A DNA stretch of 64,000 bases from Gracilinanus agilis. Taxonomy: Eukaryota. The notes under the pieces were generated by a model. That model did no database searches and was not told where the DNA came from. It was given only the letters and a program-made list of their open reading frames with translations. This document shows, one piece after another, positions 1-11,275 of the stretch. The DNA is taken from the NCBI RefSeq assembly GCF_016433145.1, contig NC_058131.1, positions 107,797,610-107,861,609 on the forward strand. Direction: 5' to 3'. Numbering within the stretch: the stretch's first letter is position 1; every line of letters starts with the position of its first letter. Position numbers and translations under genes: made by a program.

Positions 1-339
1 GTTCTTCAAGTAGAAAAGTATTGTCCCCAATTATACTGTTAGTTTTTCTTTTTAAACCCTTTATGTGAGAAAAAGCTTTGGAATGGGCATTTTGAAGTAA
101 AATAAATTATGGAGATAGATTTCCCAAGTCAATTATATGTACATTTATATATATGTAAATATATAGTATATATGTGTAATATATATTTATTATTATTTGC
201 ATATATATTATACATGGCAAAATAATTCTAGCCAAATAATTAAATTTCAATCTCATAAACAAGTCAACGTACTTTATGCTGGGAATACAACGTCATAAAC
301 AAAAATGGTAGCACTGAAAATAATGGTAGAAATTATCTC

Positions 340-530
340 TAAATGTTTTTAATGTTCTACATCATGCACCACTTTGGCACTCTGGTGAAGCCTATGATTC
401 CTATCTCAAAATAATATTTTTGAAGGCATAAAATAAAACAAAGGATAACAAATAAATTATACTGAAATAGAGTAAGTGAAATATTTTTAAAGGTGATGTC
501 TGTCTTAGGACTGAAAGTTAAGAATCTCTG
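340..530 (+). mobile_element. Old non-autonomous hAT-Charlie DNA transposon remnant (Charlie4z-like)
   Basis: ctttggcactctggtgaagcctatg...ctcaaaataatattttt...gttaagaatctctg resembles a remembered Charlie MITE consensus; the right end resembles a decayed TIR; family name is tentative. Confidence 0.5.
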
Positions 531-639
531 AACCAGTTCAAGGATTTTTTTCAATTGATAAGGAAACTAATGATTTTCTAATCTAGGAGTCAAGCTAAAA
601 CAAGCTAATAACCATAATACAAATTCAAATGTATTCCTT

Positions 640-1990
640 TCTTTTCCCCCCTTTCTCCTTTTATTTTAATCCAGTGATGAATTTACACATATGTTTTCCA
701 AGATTACATGATTCATGTTATATCCCTACCCTCTTTCTCTCCTTTCTGTCTGGAGCTGACAAGAAATTCCACTGAGTTATATGTGTATTATGACTCAAAA
801 CCTATTTCCATATTATTTATTTTTGTAAGAGAGTAATCTTATAGGACCAAAATCCCAAATAAACAAGTGTTAAATCATACATTTTCTTCTGCATTTCTAA
901 TCCAACAGTTCTTTCTCTAGGTATGGATAGTATTCCTTTTCATAAGTCCCTCAAAATTGTCCTCAATAATTGCATTGCTGTTAGTAGCAAAGTCTATTAC
1001 ATTTGATCATTCCACAATGTTTTAGTTACTATTTATAATGTTATCCTAGTTATGCTTATTTCAGACCACATCAGTTCATATAGGCCTTTCTAGTTCTTAA
1101 AGAAATCATCATTCCTTATAGTACAATATTATTCCATCACCATCATGTACCACAATTTGTTCAGCCATTCCCCAATTGATGGACATCACCTCAGTTTCCA
1201 ATTTTTTGTTACCACAAAAAGTGTAGCTATAAATATTTTTGTAAAAACAGGTCTATCCCTATTTTTAAAAAATCTTGTTGGGATACAGACCTAGTAGTGA
1301 TATTACTAGATTAAAAGGTATGCATTCTTTTAAAGCCCTTTGGGCCTAATTCCAAATTGCCTTCAAGAATGGTTGGATCAATTCACAACTCCACCAGCGA
1401 TGCATTAGTGTCCCCCTCCAACATTTATTATTTTCCATTACTGTCATAATACCCAATTTGTTAGGTGTAAGGCGGTATCTTAGAGTTGTTTTGATTTGCA
1501 TTTTTCTACTCAGGTGAGATTTAGAACATTTTTTCACATGATTATTTATAGCTTTGATCTCTTCCTCAGAAAACTGCCTTTTCATATCCCTTGCCCATTT
1601 GTCAACTGGGGAATGATTTGGTTTCTTATAAATTTGACTTAGTTCTTTATATATTTGAGAAATTAGACCTTCATTAGAGAAATTGTTATACAGTTTTTCC
1701 CAGTTTGTTGCTTCCCTTATAATCTTGGTTGCATTTGTTTTGTTTGTACAAACATTTATAAATTGAATATAATCAAAATTATTCAGTTTACATCTTGTGA
1801 TATTCTCTATGGTTTGGTCTTAAATTCTTCCCTTCTCCATGAATCTGACAGGTAAAGTATTTTATTTTCACCACATTTGCTTATAATATCACTCTTCATG
1901 TTTAAGTCACATACCCATTTTGAACATATCTTGGTATAGAGTGTGAAATGTTGATCTAAACTTAATTTTTGCTATGCTGTTTTGCAATTT
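640..1990 (-). mobile_element. LINE-1, 5'-truncated: ORF2 C-terminus plus 3'UTR
   Basis: ORF 1346..1585(-) MKRQFSEEEIKAINNHVKKCSKS...MQIKTTLRYRLTP...NKCWRG is the L1 ORF2 C-terminal cysteine-rich region; marsupial L1 3'UTR and T-rich tail at about 640-670. Confidence 0.92.
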
Positions 1991-2145
1991 ATATTCTGTT
2001 CTGTAATCTATTAATTGTAAATGTCAAGAAAATTAAATAATGGGAGTAAAACTACTCATTAGTATGGCTAGCACTATCATTTTAGACATTTGCTATACTT
2101 CCTTGAAACATTAGTGAAGTTTTCAGAGCAAATAATATGTCATAT

Positions 2146-2270
2146 TGATAGGATTATAGATTTAGAACTAGATGGAACTTCTAAGATCCCCTATTTCATT
2201 TCCTTCATTTGGACTATGAAGTAAATGAATCCTACAGGGACAATTTTACTTGTTCAAGGTCATCAAATAG
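2146..2270 (-). mobile_element. MIR3-like SINE fragment
   Basis: ggattatagatttagaactagatggaacttctaagatc is the reverse of the MIR3 3' tail. Confidence 0.55.
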
Positions 2271-2445
2271 TGTATAGTATAATGTAAAAAATCACTTGTT
2301 TGGAATCAGAGGAACTGCATTGGCATTTCACTCCTGCCTCATGCTACATGAACTGAGGGAAGGCACTTCATACCTATAGATATCTTGAAATTAGCAAATT
2401 TGGATTGATCAATCTCCAAACTTCTAATCAATTCTAAATCCTATG
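2271..2445 (+). mobile_element. MIR3-like SINE fragment (diverged)
   Basis: tRNA-like head (ggaatcagaggaactg) and tail ending ttctaaatcctatg. Confidence 0.45.
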
Positions 2446-3374
2446 TCAGCAGCTGGGATCTCTGTAAAGGCGATTTCTTTTCAAATGTTTAGAATTTTTT
2501 GCAATTTTTAAAAAGAAAAATAGTAACATGGCACAAGAAGGTTATTATTAAATCAGTACATATTAATTGATCTGGAATTTATATTTCATACTTAAAACTT
2601 GGAAAAATCCATCTATCTTCTCAAAGTGGAAAAAATTAGTTTTCACTATGAAGTTCTTCTGATAAAGGTAAATAATTTTAGAAAGATTTTATTTGAGAAA
2701 GAATATAATAAGCATAAACAAAGGCTGCCAATGAGAAAGGAAGATAGATGTGACTAAATAATCAGTTGCCTAGAGCAAACAAATCAGAGGACCAACTTTT
2801 TAAATCCTCCCTTTAAGTTTGTTTTCCTCTTTTTGAAGCTATAGGATTTTTAATATATTTCCTAACACGAATTGATTAAAACCAGAATAAGCATCACTTG
2901 ATAGCTAAAGCTCCTCCTTAAAAATTAACTATGAACAATATAAAAGAAAAGAATAACTTAAGTCATTTATGAAGACAATCTCCTATCACACACACACACC
3001 CCCAAATGAACAATTATTTCTCTTCTTAGTGAGGATCTATATAATCATATAATCACAACAAACTTTTCATGTTCTCATTATTCATACTAACTAAAGATAG
3101 GGAAGTATTTAGCATTATAGAATGCATTCAGGTTATTTTTTTTTACTTTTATCTCTTAATATATATGCTTATATGTATATAAATATTGAAAGAGACCGAG
3201 AGAGCCCACAAAATACCTTCGACTTATTTGTTAAATACCTTTTATGCCTAGCACCCTACCAAGGTATTTGTGGATTTTCTCAGTCTCTTCCAACATTTAT
3301 ATACACATAAACATATACATCAAGAGGAAATGTATATACCCATATACATATATACACACATATAAGCACACATA

Positions 3375-3378
<4 letters not shown>

Positions 3379-3421
<43 letters not shown>
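3379..3421. repeat. Compound (CA)n(TA)n microsatellite
   Basis: Directly visible. Confidence 0.95.
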
Positions 3422-4275
3422 AAACATCACCTGAAGATTAGAGTTCAGATACTAAAAGGGATAATATCACTATGGACAGTTCAAAAATAATAAAATGAAA
3501 CATAAACCCACCTAGAGCATAATTAATATTAATAAATATTAATGTGCTGAGGTCCATAAAAATAGGAGCATGAGTATGTTCAAATGCATTATATATGTAT
3601 TTGTGTATAGAGATACATGCATATTCATCTTGGTTCTGGTCTTCTGGGAGTTTTTATTCTATGATAGAAATTCTTATTAGACCTTCAACCCTTTTGAAAA
3701 GAAGGCCATCTGTATCCACAGAATTAAAGAAAGGCATATTAAATGTTTCAAAACACTGTCCTTTCATTGGTGTAGCACTTCTGCAATCAATTCAGATTAT
3801 AATCAATCTATGACCTAGTGGATGATTTCTTAATTTCTGTTACCAAACCAATTCAGCATTCTAGTGAAAATCTTCTAATTGATTTAGGCTGGCCCCTAGA
3901 CAACAACCTATTGCAAGATCCACACTCAAAACCTCTTTGTACTCTGCAAGAGAATCCAGGGTCATCTCCATTTCTTGATATCATTGACCATCTACATCAT
4001 CAATAGTTTTTTAAGTGTTTTTGGTTTAGTCATAGAATAATTTTATTTTTTCAAGGCGCTTCTTAGTATACAGTAACTTTGTTATTAAAATTAGTTTAGA
4101 TTATTCCTTGGATATATTGATGGAAATGTTATTCATTGAAATAGGTATTCCATTTAAGAATGTAGATTGCAATCTTCTCATGTCTGTCAATCATGTCCAA
4201 ACTACTCTCTCCTAGTTTTTCTATATATCTGACTGATCCTTTTTAGTCTCCTTCATTTAAGACCTTCATTTAGAT

Positions 4276-4465
4276 AAGTGATTCCCAAAGTGGAAGCTAC
4301 CGCCCCGTGGTGGGTGCTGCAGCGATCCAGGGAAGCAGTGATGGCCACAGGTGCATGTATCTTTCCTACTAATCACTATTAAAATTAAAAAAAATAATTT
4401 CCGGGGGCTAAGTAATATTTTTTCTGGAAAGAGGGCAGTAGGCCAAAAAAGTTTGGGAACCACTG
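4276..4465 (+). mobile_element. hAT MITE, 190 bp, family A
   Basis: TIRs (a)agtgattcccaaa / tttgggaaccactg; perfect 8 bp TSD atttagat at 4268-4275 and 4466-4473. Confidence 0.95.
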
Positions 4466-4489
4466 ATTTAGATCATACCTTTCAAATGT

Positions 4490-4900
4490 GGATATTATCT
4501 AGTGTTCTGCCAAAGGCACTCTTCTCTCTCTACAATACTGAAATTAGTCATCTCAACAGGTCCTGTGGATTCAAATAATGACTCTGGTCTGATATATATA
4601 TCCAGTCCTAACCTCTCTCCCAATCTCTAGTCTTACATCTCCTCTGCCTAAAGATCTGAATGTCCTATAGGTATCTTTAATTCAATTCAACATGTCCAAA
4701 ATTAAAAGCCTTTGCCCTCCCCTCCTCTCCTCTTAATTTTATTATTTCTGTTGAGTGCCCCTTGTCCTCCCAGTTATCCAGGATTGCATGTCAGACCATG
4801 TCAACTCCAGTGATTGCCTATTGCCACCAAGATCAAATATTAAATCCTCTCTTTTGTGTTGAGTGTCCTTTACTCTCCTCCCCCACTATGACTTTCTAGA
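4490..4900 (+). mobile_element. L2 LINE fragment
   Basis: gaatgtcctataggtatctttaattcaattcaacatgtccaaaattaaa matches the L2 ORF2 3' region. Confidence 0.6.
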
Positions 4901-5864
4901 AAGCATAGTAATTGGTAAAAGAGCTATATTTACTGAAAATTACTATGTCCAATCTCCTTAGATTTGCAAAATTTACTATGATCTAGAGTTTTATCCTTGG
5001 ACAATTTGTTTCAACAGTAGGGCTAGGGAGGAAGATAACTCACAGCTCACTCCCATACATACACATGAACTCAGTTCTCAATTATTAATTCATCATCTTA
5101 AAATGGCTATATTGTTCTAACTACTATTCTAGGATATGTGGGAGATAGGGTTTAGACAAGACTATTTCTACCCTTAAGAAACTTGTTCACATCTATTGTT
5201 CAATCTCTCTCAAATTACATGTGCCAAATGGAACCTGTGTGGTATGAGACAGAGGTGAGTTCAGACAATGAGTGTATTCTATATATTCTAGACCTCTTTC
5301 TGACATCAGAAGTCAGAAGGATTTCCTAAGAATTCATAAAATATATTTAAACAAGGAAAATTCTGATCTTCAATGTAAGTAATGTCCCAAGGATATCCAT
5401 CATCTTGCTCCTTCTTGTAACATAAAAACCCCAATGAAATAAAATGAAAAACAAATGAGAGGAGGCAAAAGAAATATGTATCTCTACCCTAATAGGAAAT
5501 ACAGTCCAGAAATGGAAGCCAGAATTATAATTATCTTATAATCAACTAATACAACATTAAGAAAACACCCATTAACTGAAATTCTATGGAAAATGATTTG
5601 CAAATTGTGGAAGTTTTTTTTTTTGCTTATAAATTTTTCATATATTAGAGCAATAAAGGAATGATCTATAGTGGAGCCCAAAAATGGAAGTCAAAACAAA
5701 GATAATTTTCTAAAAACATCACCAGACATATTATTCCATTTCAGAGAAATAAATATATTAATGCTCGAGAAGAAGAAATTATCTGAAAACTGTGATTCAT
5801 CAAAATTCAACAAATTATCTTTTGAATATAGTCCAAAACAATCATCAAATATTGTAAAGGAAAA

Positions 5865-6190
5865 ATGTTATCTTTCACTCCCAATTGTTCACAGCATATA
5901 CATGCCTGTGTATCCTGTATGAGATGCATAAATTCTCTCATGAATTTGCCAAAGAATATACCCAAAGCAATAAAGGCTTTCTGTGATTTCTCTTGCCATA
6001 AGGAGATAAATAGTGGAGCACTCTGGATGTCTACAGGCTATTCCTTCCTTTCCTTCATACATTTCTCTGACAATATATTTTACTCCATCTCCTCTTTGCA
6101 ATTTCTTATTTGTAATATGTTGCACTCTGCCAATCCTCATCATGAAACTTTTCCATTGCTTTCTGGATGATACTTATTTTCAATTCTTTG
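5865..6190 (-). mobile_element. RTE-clade LINE 3' end (marsupial RTE type)
   Basis: Reverse strand reads ttacaaataagaaattgcaaagaggagatggagtaaaatatattgtcagagaaatgtatg...ccagagtgctccact...acaggatacacaggcatgtatatgctgtga, like the marsupial RTE 3' end. Confidence 0.6.
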
Positions 6191-6384
6191 GCAACTGTAT
6201 CATTCTATGACTCACATCCATAAAATATCCTGGTGGAATTAGCATTTTAAAGAAATGCTTTTCTTTCAGGAAGAAAATTTATGGTCGTAAAAAATCATTG
6301 TAATTTCTCATAAGTCATCTGGCCTACTTTGTACCACCTGTATGACTCATTATCTCATAGCAGGACCTATCTAAGATACATACA

Positions 6385-6401
6385 TGTGTATGTGTGTGTG
6401 T

Positions 6402-6447
<46 letters not shown>
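6385..6447. repeat. (TG)n microsatellite, Z-DNA-prone
   Basis: Directly visible, two interruptions. Confidence 0.97.
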
Positions 6448-6451
<4 letters not shown>

Positions 6452-6769
6452 CTCAGAGAGGGACAATTTCTTTAAGTTGCCCACTTACCTTGCCTATTCA
6501 AATGCAATCATTTTAAAATACCCATGTTTCCTTTAAATGAATTAATTCTAACATCTCACTAACTATGTACAATGAAATTCAATGTTAAAAGATTTCCTTT
6601 GAAGGAATAAGAATTTGTCTCAGCTATAACTAAGAACTTATAGTTGAATGGACAGGAAAGAACTTGTAAGTGTAAATAAATATTAGCTTCTTTATTCCTC
6701 TCGTGGCTCTATCCCTAACTCTTCTTTCTTTACTGAGACTCCTGCACGTTCTTTCTCCTGGTTACACTA

Positions 6770-6935
6770 CTCCCTACCTTTTTGCTTCCTTTTATGTGTC
6801 CTCTCCCCTTTTAGAATGAAAACCCTTTGAGAGAAGGGAATGTCTTGTTTTTATTTTTGCTTGTATTTTCATCCCAGTACTTAACACATTGCTCAGAACA
6901 TAGTTAGGGTTTCATAAATGCTTACTGACTTGATA
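6770..6935 (+). mobile_element. L2 3' tail
   Basis: tagaatgaaaaccctttgagagaagggaatgtc...cccagtacttaacacattg...ataaatgcttactgacttga. Confidence 0.6.
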
Positions 6936-6944
6936 ACTATAGGA

Positions 6945-7115
6945 ATGAGGCAGCCTGTTGAAACAAAAATAATCATAAATTTGGCTAGATTTGAATTCCT
7001 ATTTTGATTGTGAGCTAGTTTTGTAACCTTTCTATATTTCATTTTCCCCACCTACATAATGACAGGGCTGGATTAAATTATCTCTAAGAGCTATTTTGAT
7101 TCCCAATACTTAATT
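6945..7115 (+). mobile_element. MIR3-like SINE
   Basis: CORE-like middle and gggctggattaaattatctctaagagct tail. Confidence 0.55.
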
Positions 7116-7128
7116 CTATGAATTTATA

Positions 7129-7354
7129 AGGCAATAGATGGTTCAGTGCATAGTGCCCTAGGCATAAGAGTCAGAAAGACCTGAGTTCAAATCCAGATTC
7201 AGACTGTGCGACCCTGAGCATGTCACTTTAATTCTGTTTGCTTCAATGTCCTAGACTAAGAAATGGCAAACCACTTAAATATATTTGCCAAGAAAACTCC
7301 ATGGGCACTATGGTCCATAGGATCACAAAGAGTCAAAAATGATTGAACAACAAA
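7129..7354 (+). mobile_element. MAR1-type marsupial CORE-SINE
   Basis: tRNA head (gagttcaaatcc B box) and RTE-derived tail aaatggcaaaccact...tgccaagaaaactccatgg...gaacaacaa. Confidence 0.8.
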
Positions 7355-7944
7355 TATATGAATTCACATTGTCACTAAGTAAAAGATGAGTGTAGCTTAT
7401 GGAGGAAGGGAGAGGAATCTGAAGGTTGTTAAGCTAAATATTTGTCCAGCACTTCTCTAACATTGCATTGCCTGGACTTTGCTTGTGGAAGTCTATTTTC
7501 TTTCCATTTAATGTGTATTATCTCCTGCAGGCAATGCATAAAAATTATTGACACTTTTTAGAAAGAAAGTATTGTGAAGTTCAGTTCTTAGAAATGTCTA
7601 ATAAAATACTCAGTGAGATATGTCTGATTACATAATTAACCTCACCATGCTTCTACATATATTCTACACACTAACTTTCAGGAATATTTTCTTTGATAAG
7701 AATTTCACTGAGTGTTACTCAGTGAACTCCACAAAAATCTCTGAAAGTCAAGTTCATAGAGTAATGTTTTCTTCACTGGTCACCCCAGTAGAGGCAAAGA
7801 ATTCCCAAAGTTGAATGCAACCATAAGCAACCATAAGCATAATAAAGTAGTCATTTAAACTAGAAATGATTGGCACGTGGTCAAGCAGAAATCATTTTAT
7901 GGGATTTATTTTATTTTGACATTGACCTATCAGGAAACATATGA

Positions 7945-8120
7945 TGTTATTATTTCATAAGCATATAGCACTTTAAAGTTTGAAAGGATATATATATATT
8001 CTTTATCTGATCATCACAACTACCATGTGAGGTAAATGCTATTATCTCTATTTTAGGAATGAGGCAACAGAAGATCAAGGGGATTAAATGACTTGATGAA
8101 AATCATACAGTTCAAAAACC
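7945..8120 (-). mobile_element. MIR SINE fragment
   Basis: cacaactaccatgtgaggtaaatgctattatctctattttaggaatgagg is the reversed CORE. Confidence 0.6.
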
Positions 8121-8342
8121 AGATTCCAATATATAACTTTATTTACTAGTAAATCAGCATAGTACCTACTATGCACACTGGAACAAATATGCATTCCTAA
8201 TAATAGCAGCTCATGTTTATAGAGTTCTTTAAGATTTTTATGATGTAACACTTACTCTACTTCCAGAGAGATGTAATAGATTTGGGGTGCATATATATTT
8301 TGTAAGAAGCTGGTGAGGGATTTGTTTTTCTTAAATATGTAT

Positions 8343-8532
8343 TTTTTTTTTAATTTTAAACCCTTAACTTCTGTGTATTGACTTATAGGTGGAAGAGTGG
8401 TAAGGGTAGGCAATGGGAGTCAAGTGGCATGCCCAGGGTCACAAAGCTGGGAAGTGTCTGAGGCCGGATTTGAACCTAGGACCTCCCGTCTCTAGGCCTG
8501 GCTCTCAATCCACTGAGCTACCCAGCTGCCCC
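8343..8532 (-). mobile_element. Young full-length tRNA-derived opossum SINE (SINE1_Mdo/SINE-1_MD type)
   Basis: Reverse strand starts ggggcagctgggtagctcagtgg (A box), has ggttcaaatcc (B box), retains CpGs, A tail; TSD aaatatgtat at 8333-8342 and 8533-8542. Confidence 0.97.
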
Positions 8533-8589
8533 AAATATGTATATTTTTATGAGAAATTGGTTTTTCTTTTCTCCCTTTTTTTAACTGGA

Positions 8590-8800
8590 TGGGGAAAAAG
8601 GGAATGTAAAAAGGTCTCTGTTAATGAGTTTTTTTAAATAGGCAGGTGAGGGGTACTAAAGATGTGGAATATCACTACATTTTTAGATGAAGTCATGTTA
8701 TTGTTCATTATGCTTAATTGTTTTCTTTGTTATAGGAAACCTCTCACAGAATGAGAATCATATATGTGTTTATAATGTTAAAAACAAAACACACCAATAA
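8590..8800 (+). mobile_element. Old L1 3'UTR terminal fragment
   Basis: ggggtactaaagatgtggaatatcactacatttttagat...gtgtttataatgttaaaaacaaaacacaccaataaag resembles old marsupial L1 3' ends. Confidence 0.45.
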
Positions 8801-10084
8801 AGTAATTTAAAGTGATTAATAAGCACCCTGAATCTCCAAAATGGTACCAGGGAAAGATGTTGTCATTATTTCATGTAAGACTCATGTATTATGGCATAGT
8901 ACTATTCACCCTTTGAAGGGCATGGCATGAAGAAGGCAGTGACAAAGTGAAAACAAAACAGAGAAGAAAGCAACTCAATATGAAAGCTGTGGGTAAGTAT
9001 ATAACAACTGTATTGAATCATTGTCACATTAAATATCTATCCATGATATCCCTTGATCCATAAAATTAAGAGCAGGGTTGTTTTCTTTAAGGGCTATTTA
9101 CATACTCTTTATTTGAAGACCACAGGAATTAACACAACTGTTGTACTTTAATTTGAAGGTTTGTTATGCCATTGCATGTTTATACTCAATGTAAGTAAGA
9201 AAACAAGTATATCTTCTAACCTGGATAACTGGAATAAAAGTCCACTTAACTATGTATTTGACTATAATTAAGATTTTGGAATGAAAACAATGTATTCAAA
9301 TTCAGTCCATTCATTTAAAATCCACCTCATCTGTGATCTTTAGATAAGTTAATAGGATAGTTTTCATGGTCAAGGGGAAGAAGACTAGAAATATTCATGC
9401 CAACCACTTTAACATTTTAAATACAGAGTCTCTATTGTGCCCATTATTACTTTATTGCTTAAGTAAATTCTAACAAAAATGCATTTATCCATAAAACAAA
9501 TTTCCTATGGATTCCCTTAATTACACATTTATGTACATTATACTACAAGATATATTCCGAACATCAACAAACTAACTTCTTATAAAGAAAACACTGCATG
9601 ATGGCATAGTGGAATTGTGGAAAGGCTGGAAGGTCATACTTATAACTGATTGTGCCTTCCTACTTAATCATTTATTGTACCATTTCCCTTAGTAACAGGA
9701 TCTGAAAGTCTCTTAAATGTACATTTTTGGGGGAGGTAGTATGTCAGGTGATAGGCAGCAGCATTTAGAGTGAGGAAAAATGAGATTCAATGTTTACCTC
9801 TGATGTGTACTAGCCATATGATCCAGGAGAAGGCACTGAAGTACTCCATGCTCAGCAATAAGCTGCTCTTTTTTTCAGAGCCATGGGAGATAACTGTCTT
9901 GGGGAAAAACTATGACAATAAGACAAAACTCAAAAAACTGAACTCTGTTTAGATTAAAGATCACTATCATCTAGCTTCCAACCCTCTGAAAAGTCTTTTT
10001 CTTGTCTGTAAATTGCTAGAAAGAAAAAAAAATCAAAGTTATATAATGTCAGTATAATAAGAATCTCTCCAGAGTTAGGATAAA

Positions 10085-10320
10085 ACATATATATATATGT
10101 ATATATACACACATATACATATATGTGTGTATATATACATATGTGTTTATGTAAAGCATATAAACCTTTACAGAAAATATATAAAACATTTTAAAATGTT
10201 TTATATATGTGATAGCTATATAACCATATATAAAAATATAAAACATTTAAATTTTATATATATACAACATACACATTTTCTATATATTCTCTCTCCATAT
10301 ATATGTTATACATATAAAAC
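10085..10320. repeat. AT-rich low-complexity tract with long perfect inverted repeats
   Basis: 23 bp-arm inverted repeat at 10095-10142 and 32 bp perfect palindrome at 10177-10208. Confidence 0.9.
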
Positions 10321-11020
10321 AAAAAAGGTTTTATTTTATTTATAGATACTTAATATGCTGGCTATAAATAATTTTAATTTGCTTTATCGAAACTTGCTGA
10401 TAAGGAACTGAATACAGACACTTGCATGCATGTATATTCTTCACTGTGAGTCCATGGCTTCTTATAAATAAGAAATTGAGGAAGTCTGTAAGGTAGGTAT
10501 AGCTTTTGAATAAGAGTAGGCAGCCTACACAGAGACTTTGTAGACAGTAGGCTTAAATTTGCAATGGACAATTATCATTAAAACATATGGCCAGTCATAA
10601 GGCCCTTAGAAAGAATATGGCCAGGATAAAAGGGGTAGAGAATCAAAGCTTAATATAAAAGATAGAACCATTCATAGTAACTGGTTGGTGAAATTCCCTC
10701 AGAAAAATCAAATAAAACAGAGGAAAATGTCAAGTATATTAGAATGTACAAAGGTTAGAACCATAGAAATCTGCATGAAAAAGACAACCTCAAAGTCAGA
10801 GTAGGATTTCTTGAGGACTTTGGGAAGAATATTTAAGTGCCATATTTAGAAATATTTGTGTGGAGTTAAATAGCCAAGCCATAAGATTTCTGGATAGAAG
10901 AAAATTAGGGGCATTGACTCCATGCCATCTCAATTCCTAATTGTTCTGCTTTAATGTGCAAAATTAATGCATAAACATATACACATTTTTTGTGCAAGTG
11001 CATACCTCTTGGATCAATAT

Positions 11021-11275
11021 TGTTGTTGTTTAGTTGTTTCAGTCATGTTTAACTTTTTATGATATCATTTGGGGTTTTCTTGGGAAAGATATTAGAGTAA
11101 TTTGCCATTTCCTTCTCGATTTCATTTTCCAGATGAGGAAACTAAGGCAAAAAGGGTTAAGTGAATTGCTCAGTCACACAGCAAGTAAATGACTGAGACC
11201 AGGTTTGAGCTCAGGAAGAGAATTCTTTCTATCTCCAAGCCCAGTCCTCTATCCATCATACTACCTAGTTGCCCC
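11021..11275 (-). mobile_element. MAR1-type SINE, full length
   Basis: (TGT)n tail, ggggttttcttgggaaagatattagagtaatttgccatttccttctc, cagatgaggaaactaaggca CORE, ends ctagttgcccc. Confidence 0.85.

Noticed and set aside
4266-4578. ORFs of 65 and 75 aa
   Set aside because: They overlap a non-coding 190 bp MITE and show no transposase motif.
7704-7726. Hairpin ttcactgagt-gtt-actcagtgaa (10 bp stem)
   Set aside because: About one such stem is expected by chance in 64 kb of AT-rich DNA; too short for a pre-miRNA and no U tract.
10049-10345. Tyr/Ile-rich ORFs (also 57715..57915)
   Set aside because: Translations of TA-rich low-complexity DNA.
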